Of a stretch of 38,737 nucleotides of DNA, positions 8,520 through 18,231 are shown piece by piece (the stretch's first letter is position 1; every line of letters starts with the position of its first letter). This DNA is from Myxococcota bacterium. GTDB lineage: Bacteria; Myxococcota; XYA12-FULL-58-9; JABJBS01. The notes beneath the pieces are model-generated. The model saw nothing but the letters and a program-made list of their open reading frames with translations, did not search any database and was not told where the DNA came from. The position numbers and the translations under genes were made by a program. Where the stretch lies: NCBI GenBank assembly GCA_036339465.1, contig JAYZAY010000072.1:1-38737 (forward strand). The letters run 5' to 3'.

Positions 8520-10064
8520 ATGGCAATCGTGACAGCAATTGCGGCTGAGGGGGACGGTCGTCGCAAGCTCCAGCTTAAAAGTCCCGCGACCCTTAGGAAT
8601 ATAGGTGAGATCGAAGTTCAGACGGCATCTGATGTGCAAAGGGCTTTGGAGCGAGCAAAGACTGCGCAAAAGAAATGGGCCAATGTTTCGTTGGGTGATC
8701 GGGCAAAAGTCCTTTCTCGAGCACTTCAGATCCTCGTAGAGCAGCATGAAACGTATATCGATGTTTTTGTGGAGGAGTCTGGAAAGGTACCCATCGAAGC
8801 GTTGATGATTGAGATTTATGCGGCTTGCGATACGTTGCATTTCTGCGCTTCTCGTGGACCAAAATTGTTGAAGTCCCGCCGGCAAGGCCTTCACGGTGTT
8901 TTCCGGATCCTAAAGACACTTCATATCAATTACCACCCCCTAGGCGTTGTGGGGGTGATCAGTCCATGGAATGGCCCCTTTATCCTTTCTTTGGGGCCCG
9001 TTGCCCAGGCATTGATGGCGGGAAATGCTGTTTTGCTTAAACCCTCTGAGGTGACTCCACGGTCTGGTGGGTTGGTGGGGAAATTATTTGAAGATGCTGG
9101 CTTGCCCAGTGGTTTGCTTACCGTGTTGCAAGGTGATGGTGAGACCGGAGCTGCTTTAGTTGAGGCTGGGCTCGATAAGATTAGGTTTACCGGCAGTATC
9201 AATACGGGATTCAAGGTGGCAGTTTCCTGTGCCAAACAATTGATCCCCTGTGCCTTAGAGTTAGGGGGCAAGGACCCAATGATTGTATGTGCCGATGCTG
9301 ATCTGGATTTGGCATCTGGTGGTGCCGTGGCGGGTGCTGTTTTTAATACCGGGCAATATTGCTGTGGTACTGAACGAATCTACGTGGTGGAGTCGGTGGC
9401 CGATCGATTTATCGAACTGGTCGTGGAGAAAGTGAAGGCCCTACGTATTGGTCACGAAGGTGAGTTCGATGTGGGGGCCATCTTTTGGCAGAAACAACTG
9501 GATATTATTGAGCGGCATGTCGCTGATGCTGTGGAACGCGGGGCGAAAGTTCTTGTGGGTGGACGGCGGTGTCCGAATTTGGAAGGGTTGTATTATGAGC
9601 CCACTGTCTTGATCGATGTTGACCACTCCATGATGGTGATGACCGAAGAGACGTTTGGCCCTATCCTTCCCATTGTGAGAGTTCGTGATGAGGAGGAAGG
9701 ACTTCGTTTGGCAAATGACTCCAAATATGGATTGAGCGCGAATGTTTGGAGTAAGGATGACGTTAAGGCGGTGGCACTTGCCGGCCGTATTGAGTCGGGC
9801 ACTGTATGTGTTAATGATATGTCGATGGCCTATGGCGTCCTTGAGGCGCCATTTGGTGGGCGGAAATTAAGTGGAGTTGGACAGGTCCATGGAGATGAGG
9901 GATTGAGGTCCTATACGTTCGCGCAATCCATTTTAGTGGACAGGTTTGGTGGTAAGCCTACTAAAGAACAATACTATCCGTACACGAAGAAAAAATTCGA
10001 AGATACGCAGAAGGCAATTCGTTTTTTCTGGGGAAATAAATTGGGCCGGTGGTTCTCAACTTGA
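8520..10064 (+). CDS. NAD(P)-dependent aldehyde dehydrogenase (probably a hydrophobic or long-chain aldehyde substrate)
   Basis: ISPWN, LKPSE, FTGS, LELGGKDP, GQYCCG (catalytic Cys), EETFGP, PFGG. ATG 8520 chosen; the ORF track starts at GTG 8502. Confidence 0.92.
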   Translation: MAIVTAIAAEGDGRRKLQLKSPATLRNIGEIEVQTASDVQRALERAKTAQKKWANVSLGDRAKVLSRALQILVEQHETYIDVFVEESGKVPIEALMIEIYAACDTLHFCASRGPKLLKSRRQGLHGVFRILKTLHINYHPLGVVGVISPWNGPFILSLGPVAQALMAGNAVLLKPSEVTPRSGGLVGKLFEDAGLPSGLLTVLQGDGETGAALVEAGLDKIRFTGSINTGFKVAVSCAKQLIPCALELGGKDPMIVCADADLDLASGGAVAGAVFNTGQYCCGTERIYVVESVADRFIELVVEKVKALRIGHEGEFDVGAIFWQKQLDIIERHVADAVERGAKVLVGGRRCPNLEGLYYEPTVLIDVDHSMMVMTEETFGPILPIVRVRDEEEGLRLANDSKYGLSANVWSKDDVKAVALAGRIESGTVCVNDMSMAYGVLEAPFGGRKLSGVGQVHGDEGLRSYTFAQSILVDRFGGKPTKEQYYPYTKKKFEDTQKAIRFFWGNKLGRWFST

Positions 10065-10091
10065 ATCGCATTTCGGCCTGGACTACGGAAG

Positions 10092-10105
10092 TGAAACATG
10101 TTGCA
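10092..10105. promoter_or_regulatory. KstR-type operator TGAAACATGTTGCA
   Basis: Matches TnnAACnnGTTnnA; lies in the 73-nt gap between ALDH and the first DUF35 gene. Confidence 0.78.
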
Positions 10106-10137
10106 GTGGGGCAAGGGCGTCGACCGAAGGGGGCACT

Positions 10138-10596
10138 ATGAAGCAAGAAGATTCAAACATCACAAGCTTGGTCGCACCGTACAAGCTGGAATATGCGTAC
10201 AAGAGGAGCCTTGGACCCATCCTTAGTGAATTTTTCACGGGGCTTTTGAATAAACGAATTCTTGGGGTGCGGATGTCGGATGGCGGTGTGATGGTGCCTC
10301 CCGCTGAATACGACCCGCGGACGGGTGAGTCCCTAGGTGAATTGATCGCCGTCAGTGATAGCGGGGTGGTTGAGTCTTGGTCTTGGAACGGGTGCCCCGA
10401 GAGTGGGAACGTTGAATTTGAGGGGTGGGCTTTAATTCGTTTGCTCGGGTCCACGACGGGGCTGTTACATCGCATTAGAAGCTCATCACAGGATAAGATA
10501 TTTAGGGGAGCTGTGGTCAAAGCTATTTGGGCGGCACAACGCCACGGCATGATAACGGATCTTGAGGCCTTTGTGCCGGAGGATGACCATGTCTGA
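10138..10596 (+). CDS. DUF35 Zn-ribbon/OB-fold protein, similar to the N-terminal half of M. tuberculosis Rv3521
   Basis: APYKLEYAYKRSLGPILSEFFTGL..RILGVRMSDGGVMVPPAEYDP, GVVESWSW, WALIRLLG..LLH. Start set at ATG 10138; the longer track start at 9946 overlaps ALDH and the operator. Confidence 0.8.
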   Translation: MKQEDSNITSLVAPYKLEYAYKRSLGPILSEFFTGLLNKRILGVRMSDGGVMVPPAEYDPRTGESLGELIAVSDSGVVESWSWNGCPESGNVEFEGWALIRLLGSTTGLLHRIRSSSQDKIFRGAVVKAIWAAQRHGMITDLEAFVPEDDHV

Positions 10597-11086
10597 TGCT
10601 TCGAAGAAGGTTACGCGTTTTAAGTCGCCCACATCTATTGGATATACGATTCGTTCTGGCGCAGCTTCTGGGGGATTTTTGCGTTCCATTAAGGAAGGAA
10701 AAATCGTGGGTATGCGTTGTCCGGAAACCAGAAAGGTCTATGTCCCTCCCCGTGGCCCGAGTCCCACATCGGGACTATTGATGACCGAAGAAGTGGAAGT
10801 TTCGGATCGGGGTATTATTACCACCTTTTGCGAAGTGAATGTTCCCTTTGAAGGACAGGCACTCGAGATCCCTTATGTGGCGGCTTCAATCCTTCTTGAT
10901 GGGGCTGATATTCCCATGCTTCATTTGATCGGAGAATGTACACCGACAGAAATCCGCATGGGGATGCGCGTGAAGGCGATTTGGAAGGATGAGAGCGAGT
11001 GGGGGCATACCACGGAAAATATTTTATATTTTGTTCCGACGGGTGAGAATGATGCGGCACTTTCTGATTTTGTGGAGCATTTATGA
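10589..11086 (+). CDS. DUF35 Zn-ribbon/OB-fold protein, similar to the C-terminal half of Rv3521
   Basis: KVYVPPRG, GIITTFCEVNVPF, PYVAASILLDGADIPMLHL, IRMGMRVKAIWK, YFVPTGE..HL C-terminus. GGAGG at 10578-10582 precedes ATG 10589. Confidence 0.85.
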   Translation: MSDASKKVTRFKSPTSIGYTIRSGAASGGFLRSIKEGKIVGMRCPETRKVYVPPRGPSPTSGLLMTEEVEVSDRGIITTFCEVNVPFEGQALEIPYVAASILLDGADIPMLHLIGECTPTEIRMGMRVKAIWKDESEWGHTTENILYFVPTGENDAALSDFVEHL

Positions 11087-12150
11087 TGGTCGATGTTGGT
11101 ATTGTCGGATTTTCCCAGAGCACGATGTTGGCGTGTGAACCAGAAAAAACCGATGCCGAAATGTTGTCGCCGGTGATCACCGAGGTGCTCGACGGGTGTG
11201 GATTGAAGCGCCAGGATGTGGACTTTGTCGTGTCGGGTAGTACGGACTACCTTTCTGGGATCCCATTCTCTTTTGTTCATGCTTTGGACGCTATCGGTGT
11301 GTGGCCGCCCGTGGCGGAGTCGCATGTTGAGATGGACGCTGCTTGGGCGTTTTATGAAGCTTGGGTGAAAATTCAAACGGGTGGGGCGAAGATAGCGCTG
11401 GTGTATGGGTTTGGGAAATCCTCAACCCCGAACGATTTGGACCAGGTTATGGCGATGCAACTTGATCCGTATCATCTCGTACCTCTTGGAATTAAGCCGA
11501 GTTCGCTTGCGGCTTTACAGGCGCGGATACTTCTTGAAAGTGGGCGGGCCACCATGGAGGATATGGCGTTGGTGGCGCAGCGCAATTTATATCAAGGCCA
11601 ATCGAACCCTTGGAGCTTGCGCTCAGGGAATTTTTCATTGGATGCGCTTTTGAATGCTCCGAAAATAGCAGAGCCGCTGTCGGAATTTGACTGTGCTCCG
11701 GTGACTGACGGTGTTGCAGCGATGGTAGTGGCCACCAAGGATGTGGCAGAACAATTGGTAGAACGACCGGTTTGGGTCCGGGGGATTGACCATCGCATTG
11801 ACCCTCCAGCCATGGGTGTCCGCGACCTCTCGGACGCACCCTCGGCTCGATTGGCGTGTGAAAAGGCAGGCGCTCATTGCGATAAGCTAGACGTTGCTGA
11901 GATCTATGCACCTTATTCCCACCAAGAACTCATTTTGAGAGAGGTGATGGGGTTGGCTTCTGTAGAAAAACTCAATCCGTCTGGCGGGGTTTTGTGTGGT
12001 CATCCGATTATGAGTGCTGGATTGATTCGAATTGGTGAGGTCTTTCGCTATATCACGGAGGGTAAGGGTGACCGAGGGCTTGGCCATGCGACTTCCGGTA
12101 GCTGTTTACAGCAGAATCTTGTGGTGACTTTGGAGGGGAAGCATGGCTAA
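11083..12150 (+). CDS. ltp4: Thiolase-fold SCPx-like protein, Ltp4 (Rv3522)-like aldolase subunit
   Basis: SGSTDYLSGIPFSFV, WPPVAESHVEMDAAWAFYEAWVKIQ, LVYGFGKSS, GHATSGSCLQQNLV; lacks the thiolase catalytic Cys; ATGA overlap with the upstream gene. Confidence 0.85.
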   Translation: MMVDVGIVGFSQSTMLACEPEKTDAEMLSPVITEVLDGCGLKRQDVDFVVSGSTDYLSGIPFSFVHALDAIGVWPPVAESHVEMDAAWAFYEAWVKIQTGGAKIALVYGFGKSSTPNDLDQVMAMQLDPYHLVPLGIKPSSLAALQARILLESGRATMEDMALVAQRNLYQGQSNPWSLRSGNFSLDALLNAPKIAEPLSEFDCAPVTDGVAAMVVATKDVAEQLVERPVWVRGIDHRIDPPAMGVRDLSDAPSARLACEKAGAHCDKLDVAEIYAPYSHQELILREVMGLASVEKLNPSGGVLCGHPIMSAGLIRIGEVFRYITEGKGDRGLGHATSGSCLQQNLVVTLEGKHG

Positions 12151-13300
12151 TTTGTGCGCAGTCGTGGGCATCGGTCAGACCAAGCATGATACAATGAGGG
12201 GCGATGTATCGATTCCTGGCTTGGTTCGGGAAGCAGCGCTACGGGCTTTGGATGATGCGGGGTTATCTTGGGATGATATCGATGCGGTGGTGCTTGGAAA
12301 GGCTCCCGACATGTTCGAAGGGATTATGATGCCGGAGCTCTTTTTGGCGGATGCTCTGGGTGCGGTCAATAAACCCATGATGCGGGTCCACACGGCCGGT
12401 AGTGTCGGTGGTTCCACTGCGTTGGTGGCGGCGAATTTGATTCAGGGCGGGATTCACGAACGCGTTCTAACGGTTGCGTTTGAGAAGCAAAGTGAAAGCG
12501 AGGCGATGTGGGCCCTTTCTCCGAGAATTCCTTTTCAGCCGCCGATGCTGGCGGGAGCGGGGGGGTATTTCGCCCCTTTAATACGGGCCTACATTCGCCG
12601 AACCGACGCTCCGGCTGATGTGGGAATGAGGGTGGCGGTCAAAGACCGGCTAAACGCCTTGAAAAACCCCTATGCGCATTTGAAGATGCCCGACATCAAC
12701 TTGGAAACCGTTCGGAAGTCGCCGATGTTGTGGGACCCGATTCGGTATTTGGAAACCTGCCCTTCTTCAGATGGTGCCTGTGCGCTGGTTTTGACGTCTG
12801 AAAATTATGCACGGAAGCTTTCTGCGAAACCAGCGTGGGTATTGGGTGGTCAGATGAGAACCGAACCGACCATGTTTTCGGGTAGGGATCAGGTTCTGCC
12901 TTTGGCCGGCCGGGAGTGTGCCAAGGCTTTGTATGGGGAGGCTGGTATATCCGATCCCGGCCGGGAATTGGATATGGCAGAGCTTTACGTGCCTTTCAGT
13001 TGGTTTGAGCCCATGTGGCTGGAAAATGTCGGATTGGCGGAGCCGGGTTGTGGTTGGAAACTGACGAGCGAGGGAGAAACAGAAATTACTGGCAGTATGC
13101 CTATTAATTGCTCTGGTGGCGTGATGTCTTCAAATCCAATTGGTGCGTCTGGAATGTTGCGATTTGCTGAGGCTGCGTTGCAGGTTCGGGGGATGGCGGG
13201 CGAGCATCAGGTCGATGGCGCGACCAAAGCCCTGGGCCATGCGTATGGGGGCGGGTCGCAATTTTTTAGTATGTGGGTCGTCGGTGCCGATAAACCCTAA
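12143..13300 (+). CDS. ltp3: Thiolase-fold SCPx-like protein, Ltp3 (Rv3523)-like aldol-lyase
   Basis: GKAPDMFEGIMMPELFLADALGA..KPMMRVHTAGSVGGST, EKQSES, AGAGGYFAP, ETCPSSDGACA, ELYVPFSWFEPMWLE, GHAYGGGSQFFSMWVV. Confidence 0.9.
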   Translation: MANLCAVVGIGQTKHDTMRGDVSIPGLVREAALRALDDAGLSWDDIDAVVLGKAPDMFEGIMMPELFLADALGAVNKPMMRVHTAGSVGGSTALVAANLIQGGIHERVLTVAFEKQSESEAMWALSPRIPFQPPMLAGAGGYFAPLIRAYIRRTDAPADVGMRVAVKDRLNALKNPYAHLKMPDINLETVRKSPMLWDPIRYLETCPSSDGACALVLTSENYARKLSAKPAWVLGGQMRTEPTMFSGRDQVLPLAGRECAKALYGEAGISDPGRELDMAELYVPFSWFEPMWLENVGLAEPGCGWKLTSEGETEITGSMPINCSGGVMSSNPIGASGMLRFAEAALQVRGMAGEHQVDGATKALGHAYGGGSQFFSMWVVGADKP

Positions 13301-13319
13301 CCAGCCGAAGGAAAAATGA

Positions 13320-14924
13320 ATGAATTATAATATTGCGACCATTTTGGAGTCAATTGCGGATTTAGATCCAAACCGAGAAGCGGTGATTGCTGGTAATAAG
13401 CGCCTCACTTTTAAAGAACTCGATGAACGTGCCAATCGTGTCGCGCATTCTCTGGAAAAAGCAGGGATTGGAGCCGGAGATCATGTGGGTCTTTATCTCT
13501 ACAATTGCGTTGAGTTTTTGGAGGTGTTGGTAGGAACCCTGAAGGTCCGTGCGGTACCTATCAATATTAACTATCGTTATGTTGAGGATGAATTGGTTTA
13601 TCTTTTCACCGATGCCGATTTGAAGTGTGTGGTTTTTAACCGAGAGTTTGCCACAAGATTGCATGAAACCGCGCCTCGAACTCCAAAAGTAATACGGTAT
13701 ATCTATGTGGAGGATGGGGCTGATGGGAGTGTTGATGGGTTACCCAATTGTGGGGAATACGAGGCGACTCTCAAGGATTCTTCAATGGCGCGGGGCTTTC
13801 CGGAGCGCTCGAGCAACGATCTCTTCATTGTTTACACCGGTGGTACCACGGGAATGCCCAAGGGGGTTATGTGGAGACACGAAGACCTCTTCTACGCGGG
13901 GTTACAAGGAGGCAACCCCGGTGGTGAACATCATGAAACCCCCGATTTGGTGGCCAAAACCATTGCTGCAGGTGAAGCTTTAGGGATGACCTTCTTGCCT
14001 GCGGCCCCGTTTATCCATGGTGCCGCGCAATGGACCGCATTAATCGGATGGTTTGGCGGTTGTAAGATCATCGTCGTGCCCGGGAAAAGTTTTGAACCCG
14101 AAAAGGTGGCAAAGGCGATTCAAGATGAAAATGCGACGACTGTAACCTTGGTGGGTGATGCAATGATCCGACCTTTTACCGACGTTGTCAAAACAGGAAA
14201 ATATGACCTTTCATGCTTGATGGTGGTGGTGTCTGCGGGGGCAATTCTCTCAGAATCAGTAAAAAATGAACTTCAGGAAGTGTTGCCTGAGGCAATGATC
14301 CTCAATAATTTTGGCGCTACCGAAACCGGTCATCAAGGGGCGTCATTTGAGTCTGGTGAAAATGGTAGACCGATTTTTTCCATGGATGAATCCAATGGGG
14401 TGATCGATTCTGAGATGATGTTTGTGGAGCCAGGCAGTTCAAAATCTGGGAATTTGGCGAGAAGTGGTCGGTTGCCCATTGGTTACTACAATGATCCGGA
14501 AAAGACCGCGAAGACCTTTGTGGAACTGGACGGCAAGCGATGGTTTATTTCGGGCGACATCGCCAAAGTGTCCGAAGATGGGATGATAGAGGTTCTTGGC
14601 AGAGGAGCGGTTTGTATCAACACCGGTGGAGAGAAGGTGTATCCAGAAGAAGTGGAGCAGGCCCTTAAGGAGTGCCCGGACGTTATGGACGTGTTGGTCG
14701 TAGGTATCGACGATGAAAAATGGGGCCAGAAAGTGACGGCTGTGATTCAACCCCGTGCGGGGAAAGTGCTTAATAGTGAACATGTTATTGAGTTTTGTCG
14801 GAAGAAAGTCGCGAATTATAAGGTTCCCAAACATGTGTCCTTTGTCGATAGCATCTCTCGACATCCCAGTGGCAAACCGGATTACCTCTGGGCTAAGACA
14901 ATTGCAGAAACGGAATTGGGTTAA
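13320..14924 (+). CDS. fadD19: Steroid acyl-CoA synthetase, FadD19-like
   Basis: NINYRYVEDEL, YTGGTTGMPKGVMWRHED, GRGAVCINTGGEKVYPEEVE, RHPSGKPDY; follows ltp3/ltp4. Confidence 0.82.
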   Translation: MNYNIATILESIADLDPNREAVIAGNKRLTFKELDERANRVAHSLEKAGIGAGDHVGLYLYNCVEFLEVLVGTLKVRAVPININYRYVEDELVYLFTDADLKCVVFNREFATRLHETAPRTPKVIRYIYVEDGADGSVDGLPNCGEYEATLKDSSMARGFPERSSNDLFIVYTGGTTGMPKGVMWRHEDLFYAGLQGGNPGGEHHETPDLVAKTIAAGEALGMTFLPAAPFIHGAAQWTALIGWFGGCKIIVVPGKSFEPEKVAKAIQDENATTVTLVGDAMIRPFTDVVKTGKYDLSCLMVVVSAGAILSESVKNELQEVLPEAMILNNFGATETGHQGASFESGENGRPIFSMDESNGVIDSEMMFVEPGSSKSGNLARSGRLPIGYYNDPEKTAKTFVELDGKRWFISGDIAKVSEDGMIEVLGRGAVCINTGGEKVYPEEVEQALKECPDVMDVLVVGIDDEKWGQKVTAVIQPRAGKVLNSEHVIEFCRKKVANYKVPKHVSFVDSISRHPSGKPDYLWAKTIAETELG

Positions 14925-14947
14925 GTATAGCCGCGAGGGTCAGAGAT

Positions 14948-15703
14948 ATGAAATTAGAAGATAAGGTGGCGATAGTAACGGGAGCGGGATCTGGCATCGG
15001 TGCTGCGATGGTCAAGCTCTTTGCTCAGGAGGGAGCAAAAGTCTGTATGGTGGACCTCCAGGAAGATCCGCTAGCCAAGTTGGCTTCGGAGTTGGTCTCT
15101 GAGGGGTTTCCATGTCGGGCCGTTGTTGCAGATTGCTCCCAGCAAAATGGTGTCGATTCCTACATCAAAGCGGCGATAGACAGTTTTGGTCGGGTGGATA
15201 TTTTGTGCAATAACGCAGGCATTCTCGATGGGCTAACCCCTGTTGTCGATTGCAGCAACGAACTGTGGGAGCAGGTCATGGGTGTCAATCTGACGGGGCC
15301 AATGATGAGCTGTCGCGGTTTGATTCCGCTAATGATTGAACAGGGCGGTGGGGTCATTCTCAATACCGCGAGTGTGGCGGGTGATGGTGGGGGGCGTGGA
15401 GGGGTTGCTTATACCGCATCCAAGCATGCGATGGTCGGTCTGACCCGATCAATTGCGTGGTATTACGGCAGTCAAAATATTCGATGTAATGCATTGGCTC
15501 CAGGAGCTGTTTTGACTCCGATGGCCATGGCCAAAATACCCCATGCCGGTGGGATGGAAAAAATGGCTCCGTATTTGCCCATTATCGGTCGCTATGGTGA
15601 TCCCATGGAAGTGGCCAAGGCAGGGCTTTTTCTGGTGAGTGACGATAGTACCTATGTTAATGGTTCCATCTTAGGTGTTGATGGTGGCTGGACTATTTTC
15701 TGA
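14948..15703 (+). CDS. Classical short-chain dehydrogenase/reductase (possible hydroxysteroid or 3-hydroxyacyl-CoA dehydrogenase)
   Basis: TGAGSGIG, NNAG, TAS, YTASK, NG..VDGGW. Confidence 0.88.
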   Translation: MKLEDKVAIVTGAGSGIGAAMVKLFAQEGAKVCMVDLQEDPLAKLASELVSEGFPCRAVVADCSQQNGVDSYIKAAIDSFGRVDILCNNAGILDGLTPVVDCSNELWEQVMGVNLTGPMMSCRGLIPLMIEQGGGVILNTASVAGDGGGRGGVAYTASKHAMVGLTRSIAWYYGSQNIRCNALAPGAVLTPMAMAKIPHAGGMEKMAPYLPIIGRYGDPMEVAKAGLFLVSDDSTYVNGSILGVDGGWTIF

Positions 15704-15856
15704 GTTGTAAAGACACTTCCAGTGTTTCTAGTTGAATTGTGGCCAAGACGAAAGTGACCGCGCTTTGGGCCAATTAAAAATACCGCAACCCGATTGATCC
15801 ATGCTCAACTCAAGATAGACCGGCAGCCTGCTAGGTTAATAGGCCAAAGCTTGTTC

Positions 15857-15886
15857 TAGACAAGGTCTTGAGGAGGGTGCTACACT
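15857..15886 (+). promoter_or_regulatory. Putative sigma70 promoter TAGACA-N18-TACACT with extended TG
   Basis: -35 TAGACA at 15857-15862, TG at 15878-15879, -10 TACACT at 15881-15886, immediately followed by the operator. Confidence 0.55.
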
Positions 15887-15908
15887 AAAGTGAAACATGT
15901 TTCACTTT
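15887..15908. promoter_or_regulatory. KstR-type operator within the perfect 22-bp palindrome AAAGTGAAACATGTTTCACTTT
   Basis: Core TGAAACATGTTTCA at 15891-15904; ends 17 nt before the fadE26-like start; heads the operon containing the TetR gene. Confidence 0.9.
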
Positions 15909-15925
15909 GGCTTGGGGGCTGAGGG

Positions 15926-17098
15926 ATGTTTATTGATCTTACGCCTGAGCAAAAAAGAGAACAGCTGCGGTTTAGGGAGTACTTTAGCACCCTGATGACC
16001 CCGATGCTGAAGGCAGAACTTTGCTATTCCGAAGGGGGCGGCCCAGAATATTCGGTTGCCATTCGTAAAATGGGATCGGATGGATTGCTCGGTCTAGGGT
16101 GGCCCAAAGAACATGGGGGGCAGGAAAAGTCTTCTATTGAACAGTTTTTGTTTTTCGATGAAGCGCAACGTGCAGGATTTCCTATTCCATTTCTAACGAT
16201 CAATACTGTTGGGCCGACGTTGGCGCGTTTTGGGTCAAAGGAGCAACGCCGCTTTTACTGCCCCAAAATCCTCGCAGGTGAGCTGCATTTCTCCATCGGC
16301 TATACGGAGCCTGATGCTGGCACCGATTTAGCCTCGCTGAAAACCACCGCCGTTCGCGAAGGCGATGAATTCGTGATTAATGGCCAAAAGATTTGGACAT
16401 CCTTAGCAGGACATGCGGACTATATGTGGCTGGCTTGTCGCACGGATCCTAGAGCATCTAAACATAAGGGGATTTCCCTTATTATTGTGCCGGCCAACGC
16501 TTTAGGGGTTTCAAAGACGCAGATGAGTACCATGGGCGGTAATGAAACTTTTACGTGCTATTATGAGAATGTGCGGGTGCCGGTTGCCAATTTGGTGGGG
16601 CCTGAAAATGGCGGTTGGCGGTTGATTACGAGTCAATTGAATCACGAGCGTGTTGCATTGATGGCGACCGGGCCGATGATGTTTTTTACCGAAGAAGTGA
16701 TGAAGTGGGCAAGGTCTACTGAAGCGAGCACCGGTATCATGATGAGTGAGCTTGCTTGGGTACAACGGAATTTTGCGATTCTACATGCCAAGAATGAAGT
16801 TTTAAAGTTGATGAATTGGCGACAGGCGGAGCGGATCGATAAAAACCAACTTATGGCCCATGAGGCATCGAGTATTAAGGTTTTTGGCTCTGAATATTTT
16901 ATTGAAGGCTACCGGCTTCTAATGGAAATTTTGGGTGCGGGGAGTTGCCTAGATCAAAGTTGCGAACAAGCAATTTTGGGAGGGAAGCTGGAACGCTACT
17001 ATCGAGCCATTTCGGTGCTGACGTTTGGCGGGGGAACCAATGAGGTTCAACGGGATATTGTAGCCACGGTTGGTCTCGGAATGCCAAGATCGCGATAG
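15926..17098 (+). CDS. Steroid acyl-CoA dehydrogenase, catalytic subunit (FadE26/ChsE4 or FadE29/ChsE2 family)
   Basis: MFIDLTPEQ, GWPKEHGG, PFLTINTVGPT, FSIGYTEPDAGTDLASL, LNHER (catalytic Glu), LTFGGGTNEVQRD. Confidence 0.9.
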   Translation: MFIDLTPEQKREQLRFREYFSTLMTPMLKAELCYSEGGGPEYSVAIRKMGSDGLLGLGWPKEHGGQEKSSIEQFLFFDEAQRAGFPIPFLTINTVGPTLARFGSKEQRRFYCPKILAGELHFSIGYTEPDAGTDLASLKTTAVREGDEFVINGQKIWTSLAGHADYMWLACRTDPRASKHKGISLIIVPANALGVSKTQMSTMGGNETFTCYYENVRVPVANLVGPENGGWRLITSQLNHERVALMATGPMMFFTEEVMKWARSTEASTGIMMSELAWVQRNFAILHAKNEVLKLMNWRQAERIDKNQLMAHEASSIKVFGSEYFIEGYRLLMEILGAGSCLDQSCEQAILGGKLERYYRAISVLTFGGGTNEVQRDIVATVGLGMPRSR

Positions 17099-17106
17099 GA
17101 TTGAAG

Positions 17107-18204
17107 ATGTCACTGGACTTTAGTGAAGAACAGAATGAGATTCAGAGTCTCGCGCGCACGATCCTTGAAAACGAAGTGAATCCAGATGTTTTGCGGGGGC
17201 TCGGGAATGACCACGCGGTGATGCACCGTCCACTGTGGCACGCGCTGGGAGAAGCGAAGCTTCTCGGGATGGGTGTGCCCGAAATGAAAGGTGGTGCTGG
17301 TTTCGGTGAAGTGGAGCTTGGGATCCTCTTGGAGGAGCAGGGACGTGTTGCAGCACCTATTCCACTTCTCTCGAGCTTGGGAGGTGTGGCTGGATTTATC
17401 AATCGGTTTGGGGAAGGGGAGTTGCTTGAAAAATGGCTTCCCAAACTCTGCTCGGGCCACTCCATTGGGTGTATTGGGGTTAGTTGTTGGGCGGATGCAC
17501 CTCCAGAAGAACTGCGTTTCCAAGAGGGAAAACTGAGTGGTCGTTTGGTGGCGGTCAAAGACGGGGGCCTTGCTGATTGCATCCTATGCCCGGTGGGTGT
17601 GCAAGGGGGACTTCATTGGTACTTGGTTGAGGTGGGGCGGCGTGGTATTTCACGTGTCTTGCAGAAAACCACCGACGGTCAGAGCAGTGCTTGTTACCTT
17701 TTCGAATCGGTCTTGATAGAGGCTAGGGATCTGGTGTGGCGAGACGAGACCCGAGGGGTCTCGTGGGACTATTTGCGCTCAAGAATGTTTGCCCTTGGCG
17801 CCTGCTTACAGGTGGGGCTTTCCGAGGCCCAGCTGGCATTAACGGCGTCTTATGCTACCGAACGACAACAGTTCGGCAAGCCTATTGGTAGCTTTCAGGC
17901 TGTAGCCCAGCGGGCAGGAGATAGTTATATAGACCTCGAAGCCATGAGAATGACGGCATTTCAGGCGGTGTGGCGAATGTCTGTGGGGGAATCGTTTCTC
18001 CGGGAGGCTTTGATTGCGCGCTACATTGGATGTGAAGGTGGGCACAATATTACCGCCGCAGCTCAGCATATCCATGGTGGCATGGGGGCCGACCGAGATT
18101 ATCCGCTCTTTCGCTATTGTCTCTGGACAAGGCAGCTTGAGATGAGCTACGGCGGCGCGAATCAAATTCTATATAGCTTAGGCAAATTGGTTTCTATGGA
18201 GTAG
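17107..18204 (+). CDS. Steroid acyl-CoA dehydrogenase, partner subunit (FadE27/ChsE5-like)
   Basis: LDFSEEQ, YATERQQFGKPIGSFQAVAQR, HIHGGMGADRDYPLFRY; lacks the N-terminal FAD motif; gene order matches fadE26-fadE27. Confidence 0.85.
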   Translation: MSLDFSEEQNEIQSLARTILENEVNPDVLRGLGNDHAVMHRPLWHALGEAKLLGMGVPEMKGGAGFGEVELGILLEEQGRVAAPIPLLSSLGGVAGFINRFGEGELLEKWLPKLCSGHSIGCIGVSCWADAPPEELRFQEGKLSGRLVAVKDGGLADCILCPVGVQGGLHWYLVEVGRRGISRVLQKTTDGQSSACYLFESVLIEARDLVWRDETRGVSWDYLRSRMFALGACLQVGLSEAQLALTASYATERQQFGKPIGSFQAVAQRAGDSYIDLEAMRMTAFQAVWRMSVGESFLREALIARYIGCEGGHNITAAAQHIHGGMGADRDYPLFRYCLWTRQLEMSYGGANQILYSLGKLVSME

Positions 18205-18231
18205 CGCTGCCGCATCATCGAGAGGTTTTGA

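Noticed and set aside
9946..10137. Long N-terminal extension of the first DUF35 ORF in the track
   Set aside because: Overlaps the ALDH 3' end and runs through the operator; similarity starts after ATG 10138.
14776..14789. AACATGTT core inside fadD19
   Set aside because: Lacks the terminal T and A and lies in coding sequence.
15845..15858. Half-site CAAAGCTTGTTCTA next to the -35 of the fadE promoter
   Set aside because: Only the right half matches; could be an auxiliary site but is unsupported.
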